The position numbers and the translations under genes are program-made. The notes beneath the pieces were generated by a model. It searched no databases. It was not told the DNA's origin and was given only the letters and a program-made list of their open reading frames with translations. A DNA stretch of 64,000 bases from Octopus sinensis (lineage: Eukaryota), in assembly GCF_006345805.1 (NCBI RefSeq), contig NC_043017.1, positions 24,180,001 through 24,244,000 of the forward strand. The letters run 5' to 3'. Below are positions 13,496 through 26,969 of this stretch, one piece after another (the stretch's first letter is position 1; every line of letters starts with the position of its first letter).

Positions 13496-14313
13496 ACTTT
13501 ATTCAATAAATGAATAATAACAATAAAGTACGTCTTTGTTCAGTTTGACCCTTCAACATTCAGATTATTGTCAAATGCAATGCTGATTTATTTGCACTGT
13601 TTTGGATTAATCATGCACAGCTTCATTCAGATAACATTGGTCTATTTGAAACACAGCTTCATAGTGGGATTGAACCTGGAACCTGAGTATATGCAAGTTT
13701 TGATTCTAACATTCTTAGATTTATACCAACTTAAAACCATCTGAGATTCTTCGGTATTTTTTTTTCTTTTTGTCTTTGCTAAATACTGACCACTTTAGCC
13801 AGGCACAAATGTAGTGGTAATACTTCAAAGAGCCTGTAAATGACCAAAGTAGTAGGTTACTGAACCAGCAGCGAATGTCAGTGGTTCATATCCTGTAACT
13901 GGCATTCTATTGTGCCCATAACCTAGGCACTTAACTTTCATGGGTTGATACTTAAGTATTTCTAAGTAGGTTGTAGTTTAGTCTCTGGTCAACACTGGTC
14001 AACGACCATCCTGTCTTTTCAGACAGTTTATCTTTTTTTTAACTTTTAGCTTTTACTTGTTTCACTTTCACAACAGAACACCTAGGGTGAGAGTTTTCTA
14101 CCATAGCCTCTCTGTAAGTAAAATTTGATAAATGAAAACTGTGTGGAAGCCAGTCACACACACATACACATGCAAATTCTCATTTGTACCTATAATCATA
14201 GTGCATAAGGTTATGTACCAACAAATTTACATGGAAAAAAAAACTAAAAATACCAAGTTTTTCAAAGAAAGAGCAAAAAAAAAACTGATGCAGATTCTCC
14301 AAATTCAATTTAC

Positions 14314-14373
14314 TGGTGGCACAAGAAGATTTGTAAGACGTTCCAAAGCTTCTCTATCTTCCATCTTGAGATT
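14314..14373 (-). CDS. Possible 60-nt phase 0-0 internal exon (NLKMEDREALERLTNLLVPP)
   Basis: ctaacag acceptor, gtaaat donor, frame-preserving length and protein-like composition. The pyrimidine tract is weak and no homology was recognised. Confidence 0.2.
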
Positions 14374-15439
14374 CTGTTAGCAACCAGTTTGAACTCTCTT
14401 AAGAATTTAAATGAAACTCAAAGAAAAGACACACCCACACACAGACATATGATTGCCTCATCTAGTCAGGTGGTAGCCATCTCATATTCAACCTGATTAT
14501 TCCAATTTACTTTCATCCTAACATGTGCGTGGGATGTGACTTTTCACACCACACATCCATCACTATAGGACTTCATAGAGTACAAAATGGATCATGAAAT
14601 AAAAAGATAATAAGACATCATCTGTACATCATTGGATTTAAGTGACAAAAGCTTGTACAACACTTTTGTCACTCTTTCAGTCACAACAGTAGGTTCCATT
14701 GACAAACTTTGCAAGATGACTGATACAATTTTGACTGTAGGTTTTATGTCAGAGTATTTTTCTCCTCAAAGAGCTCCCTTCTCCTTATGGCTTTGTCCAA
14801 AATAACAGAAGCCCCTTCTACCTTTGAGGAATCTATCAAACCCTTTCAATACCAACCTGGCCGATACCTGCTCTGGCTCTGAGTACAAATGTCTTGTTTT
14901 CATACGTTTTGAATAAAAATCTTCCACCAAACCATAGTCACAATTTATATTCCTAACACCAGCTTAGTGATAACTAAGTTATTTTACTAAACTCTTTGTT
15001 ATATTCAAAATTAATTGAAAGGAAAGGGAACACAGAGCATCTCAAAATAAATATGGTAACAAAAGGGTTAATCCATAAATGGGACTCTGACAGGTAATAC
15101 AGTCCTGGGTCAGAAAAGGCCTGAAAGTCATGATAATGAGAGGTGACACCAGGCTCCCTACAACACCAGAACTCCCAAGCAGGAGATTCCCCACTGGATG
15201 CAGTTTAATGTCATACTCAGAACAGATGGAGAGACAGACAGACAGACACACATAAATATGGTCCCTCATACTCGTTTACATTTACACCAGCAACATGGTG
15301 CTCTTGGATTTGTTAGTAAATCAACCTGATAACTCACACATGGCAAATACAATTTTTAAGTGGATCAGCAAAAATATGCAAAAACTTTTCTCAAATTTGT
15401 AATGTAAATTTTTCTTTTCCTTTTTTTTGTTTTTTCCCA

Positions 15440-15903
15440 TGCCAGTGGCACATAAAAGGGTACCATTCGAGTGTGATCTTTACCAGCGTCGCCTTACTAG
15501 CACTTGTGCCCGTGCTAGTAGGGTGCCAAGAGCACCATCCGAGCGTGATCGTTGCCAGAGCAGCCAACTGGCTCCGTACCGGTGGCACGTAAAAGGGCAC
15601 TATTCAAGCGTGATCGTTACCAACGTCGTCTTACTAGCACCTGTGCCGGTGGCATGTGTAAAAAGATTCGAGCGAGGTCATTGCCAGTACCGCCTGACTG
15701 GCCCCGTGCCGGTGGCATGTAAAAAGTACCCACTACATTCTCGGAGTGGTTGGCATTAGGAAGGGCATCCAGGTGTAGAAACTCTGCCAGATCAAGATTG
15801 GAGTCTGTTGCGGCCGTCTGGTTCGCCAGCCCTCAGTCAAAATCGTCCAACCCATGCTAGCATGGAAAGCAGACATTAAACAATGATGATGATGATGATG
15901 ATA
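15440..15903 (+). mobile_element. Repeat family C with internal tandem units and (TGA)n tail
   Basis: Repeated gccggtggcacgtaaaa units, then ggttggcattaggaagggcatccag core and catgctagcatggaaagcagacattaaacaatgatgatga tail. Confidence 0.88.
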
Positions 15904-16669
15904 ATTATCTACATTCCAACAATGGAGCTTCATATCTTCGTTAGAAACCAGCTCCTTCCTTACAGGAATATTCCAAATAACTAAAAACAGAAGAAACAAT
16001 GCCTCCGTACACATGTGAATATGTGTGTGCATCTTTGTGTGTATTTGTATGTGTATGTTTATGTGTACAAGTGTGTTGTTGAGAAACATTTCTTATAAGC
16101 CAGGGCATCAAACGAAAATACCTTGTAGTGTGTGTGTGTGTGTGTGATCATTTCTCTCTGTGCATGTGTTTCGTAGAGAACATTTCTTAAAAACCAGTGC
16201 ATCAAACAAAAACACTTTGTGGTATTTGTTTCGCCAGAGTTGTGCAGACACTGCTATTGTCAATCTCGATCTCTGGTCTCTCGCTTCAGAAACGCAATGA
16301 ACCAATGATTAACCTGTGGGAAGCTTACGCAACCAGAACTAACACCACTGTTCACGAATCGTGCGATAAAAATAAAATAAAATAAAATAAACAAATAAAT
16401 AAATAAATAAATCACGTGAAGTTAATGAATGTATAAATGAATGAATGGATGACATGACCTGACCTCTGCCCACACGAAAACCATTCATAACAAATAGAGT
16501 AGCAATAAAAGTAGCCTGGCAGTGGTTTCAATTGAATCCTTGTAAAGTGAGCAAAACAATTTGTCAATTAAGCTGGTTTCAATATGAAGACCGTCAAGAT
16601 TTAAAGAGCAAAAACGAAGAATGACAACAGAAGTGGTCGAGAGGAGACGGCGAAAGGCAACATATGTAT

Positions 16670-17062
16670 GTGAGAGAGAGAGGGAGGGAAAGAGAGACGA
16701 TGAGGCAATGTGTGTGTGTGCATATGTGTGTGTGTGTGTGAAGTGAGAGGAGATGAGAGAGAGAGAGAGAGAGGAAAGAGGGTGAGAGAGCAAGAGAGAG
16801 AAAGAGTGATGAGAGAAAAGAGAGATAATGAAAGGTAACATGTGAGTGAAAAGAGATAGTGAGAGAGAGAGGAGGAGAGACAAGAAAGAAAAGAGAGCGA
16901 GGGAGAAAAGAGAGAGAGACAGAGAAAGACACACAGAGAGGAGGAGAGACAGAGAGAAAAAGAAAGAGGTGACAGTGGAGAAAAGATAGATAGACAGAGA
17001 GGAGACAGAGAAAAAGAGAGATGAAAGAAAATGGAGAAAATGAGAGAGAAAGAGAGAAGAGG

Positions 17063-17095
<33 letters not shown>

Positions 17096-17097
17096 CT
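16670..17097. repeat. (GA)-rich microsatellite / polypurine tract
   Basis: Direct inspection; explains the 262-aa and 238-aa S/L/F-rich ORFs. Confidence 0.95.
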
Positions 17098-17417
17098 GAG
17101 CAATTGAAAGTGCATTTTACATTCCTCGTCTCTCTGGTACATGTAACCATCAGGGTGAGGGACAAGAGTGCATATTTCCAGTGTTGGAGCAAAATTACTG
17201 CTATAAGCAACCCTCCTATGATATACAAGTACAATCCACAAGTCTGCTGTTCTAGACAACACCACATCTCCACCTACTGAAGGACAAAACTGTATACTTG
17301 ACACAAACACAGTGCCTTATGGTAAAGAGTAAAAGGGTCAACTTGCATTTTGAGTAACTTGATTTCATTACATAGGTGACCTGGGTCAGCCTATGATGAA
17401 TGGGAGATGCAGAGGCT

Positions 17418-17810
17418 TCATCATCATCATCGTTTAACGTCCGTTCTCCATGCTAGCATGGGTTGGACAGTTCGACCGGGGATCTGGGAAGCCAGAAGGC
17501 TGCACCAGGCTCCAGTCTGATCTGGCAGTGTTGCTACAGCTGGATGCCCTTCCTAACGCCAACCACTCCGTGAGTATAGTGGGTGCTTTTTACGTGCCAC
17601 TGGCACAGGTGCCAGGCGAGGCTGGCAACGGCCACGATTGGTGCTTTTTACGTGCCACCGGCATGGAAGCCAGTCTAGGCGGCGCTGGCATCGGCCACGG
17701 TCGGATGGTGCTTTTTACGTGCCACCGGCACAGGGCTCACAACTGCAGTTTCCATTGATTTTTTATGTTGGTATACTTGACTCAATGGATCTCCTCAAGC
17801 ACAGGGTCAA
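17418..17810 (-). mobile_element. Repeat family C
   Basis: (CAT)n tail at 17418, core ggatgcccttcctaacgccaacc, and three ggtgctttttacgtgccac units. Confidence 0.88.
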
Positions 17811-17892
17811 AACGGTGTTTCTTTACTTGCCACCTGCACAGGAGTCAGTCCGTGTTCTATATATTGAGTGACAGTGTTTGTATATCAGTAAT

Positions 17893-18264
17893 TCTTTTAT
17901 TCTTTTACCTCTTACAGTCATTTGAATGTGGCCATGCTGGAGCACTGCCTTTAGTTGAGCAAATCGACCCCAGGACTTATTCTTTGTAAGCCTAGTACTT
18001 ATTCTATCGGTCTCTTTTCCCAAACTGCTAAGCTACGGGGATGTAAACACCCCAGTATCAGTTGTCAAGCGATGTTGCAGGGGACAAACACAGACACACA
18101 AACATATGACGGGCTTCTTTCAGTTTCCGTTTACCAAATCCACTCACAAGGCTTTGGTCAGCCCAAGCCTATAGTAGAAGACACTTGCCCAAAATGCCAT
18201 GCAGTGGGACTGAAACTGGAACCTTGTGGTTGGGAAGCAAGCTCCTTACCACACAGCCACTCCT
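17893..18264 (-). mobile_element. SINE family A
   Basis: Reverse complement of the full family A consensus. Confidence 0.88.
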
Positions 18265-18944
18265 GCATAATCTCCAATATTCTGCGAAAACATGTCTGGC
18301 CAAGGGGAAACATCATCTTCGCTTGGAAACAAGTGGGGGTTGGCAACAGGAAGGGCATCCGGCAGTAGAAAATCTACCTCAACAAATTCCAATTGACTCT
18401 TGCAAGCATGGAAAGGTGTGCACCAAACTGAAAATGATGATGACAACGATGACAATAACAACAGCCAAGAGGGTACAGCAAGACGGTTCAATTTATCCCA
18501 CGCAGGACAGAGGCAAGACTGGGGCAATATTTTATATACTGCTACTACTTTCCTTCCTACTATTAACCATTCATTCTACTATGAAGTAATATGGAACCAA
18601 TTTTATCAGTCATTCTAAAGGAAGAATAGAAACTAATGTTCTTGATGGTAGGGGTAAAAATAAACCATGTAGGTAAAACATGAAATATAATAAGAGAGAT
18701 CTATTTCAAGTCACTCTGCCATGCTGCCTCCTTTCAGTGTCTGATACTGAAGAGGTGATAACACCTCCAAAATGCATACATTCAGTTTAGCTAAGGGAGC
18801 ACTTTCAGCTGACTTGATGTGTTTAAACTTATTTGTCTGCAGTGAGAAAATATCTCCATGATAAAATACAGTGAATGGCTTTCTTATGAGTTCAAAATAT
18901 ACCTCAAGCATATTTGAACAGGTAATAAGTTTACAAATAGATAA

Positions 18945-19380
18945 AGTACCTGTTGAGTCAAGTAAAACCAAAATCATAGCTTTGGCCAGTGCCCCCTCAC
19001 TGGCTCCTATGCCGGTGGCACGTAAAATGCACCTTCCAAATATGGTCAATGCCAGTGCCCCCTGACTGACTCCTGTGCTGGTGGCACGTAAAAGGCAAAA
19101 TCCAAACGTGGTCGATACCAGGTCCACCTGACTAGCTCCCGTGCGGGTGGCACATAAAAAGCATCATCTGAACGTGGTCGATGCCAATGCCCCCTAACTG
19201 GCTCTCGTGCTGCTGGCACATAAAAAGCACCCACTCTCAGAGTGGTTGGCATTAGGAAGGGTGTCCAGCTGTAGGAACATTGCCAGATCAAATTGGAGCC
19301 GGGTGCAACCGCTGGCTTTTCAGACCTGTCAAACCGTCCAACCCATGGAAAACAGCCGTTAAACAATGATGATGATGATT
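18945..19380 (+). mobile_element. Repeat family C
   Basis: Four ggtggcacgtaaaa units, the aggaaggg core and a tgatgatga tail. Confidence 0.85.
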
Positions 19381-19974
19381 GAGCTACTAATTCATGGGTT
19401 TTGAGTTCAAATCAACAGGAAGTATTTTGTTGTATCTTTGGGAAGAACACTAAATCCTCTGCATGTCAGATCTGTAGACATTCGAAGTAAGTGTCAATTC
19501 TCATGAAAACATTATTTCTAAAAGACTGGTATTCCATCTAGAGGAGAAATTTATCTTGGGAACATCAAAATAACTGCATCAAGATTTGAACTATCCTTTT
19601 GAGTGTCAACCACTCAGAGAAAACCTCTATGCAGTTATGCAATTTGCTAGAAATAGCAGCCAAATGCTTTTCCCACATTACCACCTTTAAGCAAAGGAAG
19701 GATACACTAGATTACTATGGCCCTTAATGCATCGTTTGAAAAATAAGTTGGGAAGGTCATGGCTGGAATGCTTTGATTACAGAACTGTTTGATTGTAGCT
19801 GACGTGTATTTATAACCAACAGCAATTCTTATGTGCCAAAGGTTGGGTTGATCTTATTTAAAAAGGAACGGGGGGGGGAGATCAGTGTGGGTTATCAAGA
19901 GTTAAAGGAAAACACTGGCTTCTCATATTGCTTCATTAGTACCAGTCAGTGGTTGGTCGAAGTGAATGTGACAC

Positions 19975-20265
19975 TGTGGTAGTGGTAATGGAGGTGGGGA
20001 TGACGATGGGGTGGGATGGGGGGTGGCGGTGGTGGTGGTGGTGGTGGTGGTGATGGTGGTAGCAGTAGTGTGTTTGATAATGTAGATGTGATGGTGATGG
20101 TGATAGCAGCAGCAGTGGTAGTAGTAGTAGTAGTAGTAGTAGTAGTATGGATGTCAGTGTCAAGTTGGTGATGGTACAGGCAGCACTGTGTCAGTGGGTC
20201 ATAGTAGCAATAGTTATGCTAGTGAATTAATAGTAGTAGTAGTAGTAGTAGTAGTAGCAGCAGCA
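19975..20265. repeat. (GGT)/(AGT)/(AGC) trinucleotide tracts
   Basis: Direct inspection. Confidence 0.9.
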
Positions 20266-20533
20266 ATATCCAATGATACAGATGTTACCAGTGGTAGGCT
20301 TGGCTTGGCTTGGCTGCCATGTGATAACAAACAAAAGTGACAGACAGGTGGATGGTGTTGACAAGGTGATAAACACATGGCAGGTGGGTTAAGGTAATAT
20401 TGGGGGGAGGGGTGACAATTACATAAACATTATTTGAATGACAGAGAAACACACCTGTACTAGAGCAGGAGGAATGTACTAAATGACATAACATGAAAAC
20501 AAAACAAAAAAAATTCATCATCATCATAGGCAC

Positions 20534-20909
20534 AGGAGTGGCTGTGTGGTAAGTAGCTTGCTTACCAACCACATGGCTCCAGGTTCAGTCCCACTGCATG
20601 GCACATTGGGCAAGTGTCTTCTACTATAGCCTCAGGCCAACCAAAGCCTTGTGAGTGGATTTGGTAGACGGAAACTTAAAGAAGCCCATCGTATATATGC
20701 ATGTGTATGTGTGTGTTTGCCCCCCACCCCCCGCATCGCTTGACAACCGATGCTGGTGTGTTTACGTCCCAGCAACTTAGTGGTTCGGCAAAAGAGGCTG
20801 ATAGAATGAGTACTAGGCTTACAAAGAATAAGACCTGGAGTTGATTTGCTTGACTAAAGGCGGTGCTCCAGCATAGACGCAGTCAAATGACCGAAACCAG
20901 TAAAAGAGT
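20534..20909 (+). mobile_element. SINE family A, full length
   Basis: Matches the family A head, core and tail. Confidence 0.9.
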
Positions 20910-20920
20910 ATCATTTAACC

Positions 20921-21120
20921 CAGTGTTTCTCAACCAGAGTTCATATGGCCCCTAAGGGTTAGGGTTAGGGGTGTCCATGCAACAAAATTGCAAATTGGGG
21001 ATCCGCAATAGCATTTTAAGAGCCCTTGAAAAATTTTTGCTTTAGATGTATCTATTGGTGTGTATTGCAAGAAACAGCAGTACTTTTTGGTTATTTTACC
21101 CCCCATTAGAAAAATTGCCA
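20921..21120 (+). mobile_element. hAT/Charlie-like MITE left end
   Basis: Begins cagtgtttctcaacc, the terminus typical of Charlie-type MITEs. A matching right TIR was not found, so the end coordinate is approximate. Confidence 0.5.
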
Positions 21121-21923
21121 TTAAAATGGGGGGGGGGAAACAGGAAAGGAATAAGTTTTGAAAGAAAGAGAAGTACATGAGAGGAATAAAGGAAGAAAAA
21201 ACAGCAAGCAAGATGAGAAGTAATAAAGAGTTAGGGCAGACATAACGGAACCCTTCTTCCTCCCTACGACTGAGGAAATGGAAAAGTGGTGGGCGGAGGC
21301 GGCGAGAGGGAGGAAGAGGGGTTCGAACGTACCTCTCTCTCTCTCTCACATACACATGCACACACCCGTCCATCTATCTATCCACCCACCGAACTGTTTC
21401 AAGTTCATATAGTGTAAGCTAACGCAAACGGTAGAGGAAGAGGTGGAGAGGTTAGGTGTATGAGATGTCAGTGCTGACGATGATGACGATGATGATGACA
21501 AACGATAATGGTGAGATCTACAATGCTGGGTGTTGCAAACGGGTGTATTGTTGTTGAGCTGTAAGAAGGTGGAGTCGATGAAGAAAGGACGACGGGGAAC
21601 GATGTTAATCTTTGCTGATGAAGGCAAGAGTAACATGGGTTTTTTTTGTGTGTTTTTGAACATTTTTTGTTCGTCTTGGCTGTATATATTTATTTTATTC
21701 TATTTTTATTTCGTCTTTTCTTTACTCACAGAAAGTTTATTTCATTTTTTATTTTATTTTATTTTTATTTTATTTTATATTTTTTACTTTATTACTCTAC
21801 CGATGCATAGATATTTGACACGTAGATGTAGTTCTGTGGATGGCTGTGGGTTAGAATTGAGGCTGAAGACGAAAATGGGGATGGTGTTGCTCGAAGTGAG
21901 GAGGGGGGAAAGGGTGGTCTTAC

Positions 21924-21959
21924 CAGCAGCAGCAGCAGCAGACTCTTAGTGAAGTACAT
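21924..21959 (-). CDS. Candidate short exon: MYFTKSLLLLLL (phase 0), or a 21-nt microexon 21924-21944 (SAAAAA, phase 1-1)
   Basis: Donor ctg|GTAAGA at 21923, a pyrimidine-rich stretch upstream, and a position at the CpG-poor/CpG-rich boundary. The Leu/Ala run is a (CTG)6 repeat. Confidence 0.3.
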
Positions 21960-22424
21960 GAGAAAGAAAGGGAATACAAAGAAATACACCAACGAATCAT
22001 TCTTAAAGTATATCTCACATACATACACGTGTGCTTATGTGTTTTCTCCAGTATATTTTAGGCTCTGGAACTATATATATATATATATATATATTTCAAC
22101 AATTGAGGGTAAAATTAATTAATTATTAATCAATTTCACCAAGTATTCAGTATGCAAAGGGACCATTTAAGGCGAATTCAAATTATTACATTATATAAAA
22201 GGGCTTAGTAAAATAAATTACTTTGCCGCATACTGAACTCATTAGAAATAGCAGCTAAAAAAACTTTTTTAAAACTATTTCTAATACTTAAAGAAAACCT
22301 CTCTCATATAGTGTTTGCTCAATTCAACTCACGAAATTATGGGGGTAAAGACATTAAAAAATCAAATGCAAAGGTTATTTGAGAACGTACGTTTCAAGAT
22401 TAGTCAACTCGACTATATATATAT

Positions 22425-22461
<37 letters not shown>

Positions 22462-22463
22462 GA

Positions 22464-23250
22464 AAGTTGCTTCCCAACCACATGGTTCCACGTTCAGTTT
22501 CGCAGCGTGACACCTTGGACAACGGTTTTCTTGTGAGTGGATTTGGTAGACGGGAACCGAAAGAAGCCAGTCGTGTGTTGTCTATATGTGTATGAGTTTG
22601 TGTACGAGTGTGCATGTGCCTGTTTGTCCCCACCACCACTGCTTGACAACAGGTGCTTGTTTACGTCCACGAAACATAGCAGTTCGACAAATAAGTTCAA
22701 TAGAATAAGTACCAAGCTTTATCCCCCAAAAATAGGGATCTTTTCGGTTTGAACGGCAGTTTTTAACATAATTTCTAGGTAACTAAAAAATTTTAAACTT
22801 CGTATACTGGTAGAATGTGTTTATAAAACATTTTATTTTCTTGGCTTTAATTGAGAAAATTCTATAGTTTATAAGATATTTGTTGTTTTTCTTCTTCAAT
22901 TTCTGCAATTTCAACCAATCACTGACTTCTATTGAGGTAAAAAAAACATTCTGTGCCGTATGAATATGACCCTCGTTTAAGAAACAGATTCTGTTTATTT
23001 ACATTTGTGAAGAAAAAAAAAGATACCCTTCCCCCTACCTCTAACCCTAAAACAGATTGAAATGCAATAGATCGATACTAGGTTCATAATTATGGGTGAC
23101 AATTTCATATGACACCGCTAGAAAAAACTGCCGTTCAAACCGAAAAGATCCAAAAATAGTACTGTGGTCGATACATTTGACTAAAAATTCTTCAAGGCGG
23201 TGCCCCAGCATGACCACAGTCTAATGACTGAAACAGGTAAAAGATAAAAG
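22464..23250 (+). mobile_element. SINE family A interrupted by a MITE
   Basis: The SINE body stops at 22735 and resumes at 23152 with the tail. Confidence 0.85.
22736..23151. mobile_element. 416-bp MITE with 29-bp TIRs and an 8-bp TSD (Merlin- or hAT-like)
   Basis: Perfect TIRs ggatcttttcggtttgaacggcagttttt / aaaaactgccgttcaaaccgaaaagatcc; TSD aaaaatag at 22728-22735 and 23152-23159. Confidence 0.92.
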
Positions 23251-24083
23251 TATATATATATATATGTATATACAGGTCGTCGTCTACTTACAACCACAAT
23301 CGGTTCCGACTGATTGGTTGTAAATTGGCCTATAGGATTACATAGCTTTGTTTTATATTTTTACATTCTTAAGGTACATTCTCAGGTAAAAGTCACACAC
23401 CATTCCGTATTATACTACAAGTGTTATTTGTTCAGAGTCTCAAGCAATCGTCTATTAAACAAATACAGGGTTGCCTCGATGTCTCCGCGACAGGAGACAG
23501 GTTATCCCAACACTTGGGATAACCACAGCGGCGATTAAAAACCAAACCCTGGTGTCATTCGTAGATGGGTTAATTTCTAAGAAATTAAACCTATTAGATT
23601 TCAACTGGACTCCCGGCAGAGATGCACATACTGTCAACCACTAAGGGACATGCTCAAGTGGTTAAGGCAGAGCAAATTCGTGGTATTGAGCAGAATATTT
23701 GCAAACTTCTTAACCACATCTGGACACATTGAAAAACACTGAATCAGCCATCTAGTGAATACAATGCTTGAAAACTATAAGGGAATGGCCATGGATGGAA
23801 CGGGGGTTTCTAAACCATAACTGACCTACAGTTAAACAACAACAGCCATCACTCAAGTATCCCTCAGTCATTCATTGCTCCTCTGTTTGTCACCCACATT
23901 GTGTCTGTCACCAATCCTTCAGCCACACCTAGAACATCATCCCTCTGGAATTTTCTACCTGCCCTTAGTAACCTTGTAGTTACTGACTAGCAACTATTCA
24001 AAAGAAACATTACCAGTAATTTTGTTGGTCTTGGAGAAACCCCTAAAAGCCATGAGAACTGTCCCTTCAAACAGACCAAATAT

Positions 24084-24471
24084 CTTTTTATCTTTTACTT
24101 GTTTCAGTCATTGGACTGCAACCATGCTGGAGTAGCAGTGCCTTTAAGGGTTTAGTCAAATAAATCAACCCTGGTATGCCTTTTTTTGAAGTCTGGTGCG
24201 TTTTCAATTAGTTCTTTCTGCTGAAGTACTCAGTTCTGGGGACACAAACAAACCAACATTGATTGTCAAGCAGTGTAGGAGACAAAGACAAATACACATT
24301 TATGTACACACACACACGTTGGGTTTCCACAACAGTGTCTCTCTACCTAATTCACACAAAAGGGATTTGTTGGCCCAGGGCTATAGCAGACGACACTTAC
24401 TCAAAGCGCCATAGCAGGAGTGAATCTGTAACCACATGGTTGCAAAGTGAACTTCTTAACCACAAAGCCAT
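24084..24471 (-). mobile_element. SINE family A, old diverged copy
   Basis: Recognisable tail, core and head on the minus strand. Confidence 0.8.
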
Positions 24472-24981
24472 GCAAACTTGCACCTATGTAACTTGCTTTT
24501 TTTTTTTTTGTAATTTCTAAAAATCCCCCCCCCCTCAAGCACATCCTTTAACTCTTTAGCATTTGAAACCAATCATATTCAACCCTAACGTTAATCCTGT
24601 TTCATGTTCAAACCAACCAGATCTCGCTTCTTACACCTACCCTTCAATGTCATTCTAAAAATAAGCAGTCACATCATTGAAATCTCAAAGCTTTGAGACA
24701 ACGCATGACTGATTTTTAAAAAGTGAGTATAAATAAGCATTATATTTAACAGAATAATTTTAACGTTAAAGAGTAAAGTGTACTCAAGCCTTAATAAAAC
24801 AGCTTTTTTCACTTACTCATTCACATAACACACACACCTAGTTTAATGTTTACAAAGGACAACATACAAAAGACTAATGTTCTGGTTCAACAAATGAATG
24901 TAGCTAAGGGCATGAGAGATTTGAAGTGAATTTGTTGCCCACACAAACAGGCCTCAGCCCACAACATTCCACAAAACTATG

Positions 24982-25348
24982 CTTTTATTCTTTTACTTGT
25001 TTCAATCAGTTGATTGCGGCCATTCTGGAGCACTGCCTTAAATGGCTTTTAAGTTGAAGAAATCGACCCCGGGCTTATTCTATGCAAAGAAACAGGGATG
25101 TAAACACACCAGCATCGGTTGTCAAGCGATGGTGAGGGGACAAACACACACACAAAGACAAATATATATACACACACATATACATATATATGACAGGCTT
25201 CATTTAGTTTCCATCTACCAAATCCACTCACAAGACTTTGGACATCCCGAGGCTAGAGTAGAAGACACTTGCCCAAGGTGCCAAACAGTGGGACTGAACA
25301 CAGGACCATGTGGTTGGGAAGCAAGCTTCTTACCACACAGCCACGCCT
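24982..25348 (-). mobile_element. SINE family A
   Basis: Reverse complement of family A with an internal deletion. Confidence 0.85.
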
Positions 25349-26254
25349 ATATCTAAGAATAAATAAAATGACGTGAATAAGAAACATATTGATTTCTCAC
25401 TCCCTGTTAAGTTGCATGACCTTATTTCTTCTATAAGAGAGAGAAAGGGGAGGAGTGACAAACAGACAACCAGCGAGGGAGAAAGAGAGATAGGGAAATG
25501 TGATGCTGTGTCACATATGCACTTTCCCTTCGTTCAGTTGGCTGGCAATCCAGTAAAGAGGAAATTGAAATCATTCTAAATTTAGACTCCTAAAGTCATC
25601 GTATCATAAAGCAGTGTAAACTCTGAAATTGGATCACAAGACCTGACACGACAGGAGTCCATTTTCTACTGCACGGTGGATGTGATTAGTCACCTATACA
25701 CACTGAACCTAAATGGTTCCTTCACTGACATATACAAACACCTCAACATCTCACCACCACCAACAAACGCAAACGCACTCACTAAAAAATAATAATAATA
25801 ATAAAAAATTGATTTGAATTTCTTGTCCTACCACCGCCACCGCACCCATCTTTCCACCCATTTTTTTGAATGAAAAGACAAAATAGAATTTTACATCCAC
25901 ATAATTTCTCTTTTCGTTTGCCACGAAGACAGGCAAAACAAACGTAACGTTTTTAAAGGCATCTTATTTTCCTCAACGTAGCGAACTGTCCACCCCACTT
26001 TCCAATCCTCACAGCTCCAACACCACCCTGCCATGAAAAACCACTGCCCTAACCCTTTAGGGCCATAGAGCCATCACTGAGAACTCTCGTCCTCCGCTTC
26101 ATATTTTGTTAAACACTCATTCTCATTTAATTGTATATATTTTAATTTGTTTGTTTATTCATACGTTTCGTCTCATTCGATACCCTGACCCCAACGTTCG
26201 TTTAGTCTGTCCCCGTATTGTCCCCTCTTTTTCTCAACCTTATGGTGAATAAAG

Positions 26255-26292
<38 letters not shown>

Positions 26293-26969
26293 CTCTCTTT
26301 GTTTCAGTCTATACATATATATGATCATCATCGTTTTAACCCTTTCCATACCAACCTGCCTGCAACCCCCTGTTTCCATAATATGAACTTCCTGTCTTAA
26401 AGGGAACTAAATTAAAACGTTCCCTCAAACTTTCACGTTGGTATATGTTCCAAACACCTGCTTAAAACTGAAAGTTATTTTTACTAAATTCGTCGTTGCT
26501 TTCAAAATGAATTGAACCAAAAGCTGTGCATCTAAACAGAAACAAGGTAACAAAAGGGTTAATGTCCACTTTTCCCTGCCTGCATGGGTCGGTGGGTCAG
26601 ATGAAGTTAACTGAAACATTTTCTACGTCCAAATGCCTTTCCTGTCACCAACCTTCACCTGTTTACAAATGAAGTATTATTTCCCCTTGGACAGACTTGT
26701 TTCTGCAGAACCCCTAAAAAGCTTTTGCAGAATCCAAGGGTTTCGAGGAGTATGCAAGGAAAGACCAGAGTAGAATAGGTATCTTACTGCACAGGAGCAA
26801 CAGAACCACTCACATTTTAGAAGAAGAGAAGACGAGAGTGATCCGCTAGACCTGGGAAGAGACAAAACTAGATGTGATGGGGTGTCTGTGTGAACCTTCA
26901 AGAAACAAGGATAGAGTGGGACAAATAAAGGAGGAAGATATTTAGGAGTCATGCAAGGCTATAGGCATA

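Noticed and set aside
16485-17310. 262-aa and 238-aa minus-strand ORFs with hydrophobic stretches
   Set aside because: Most of the length is the (GA)n tract read as S/L/F, and no domain is recognisable.
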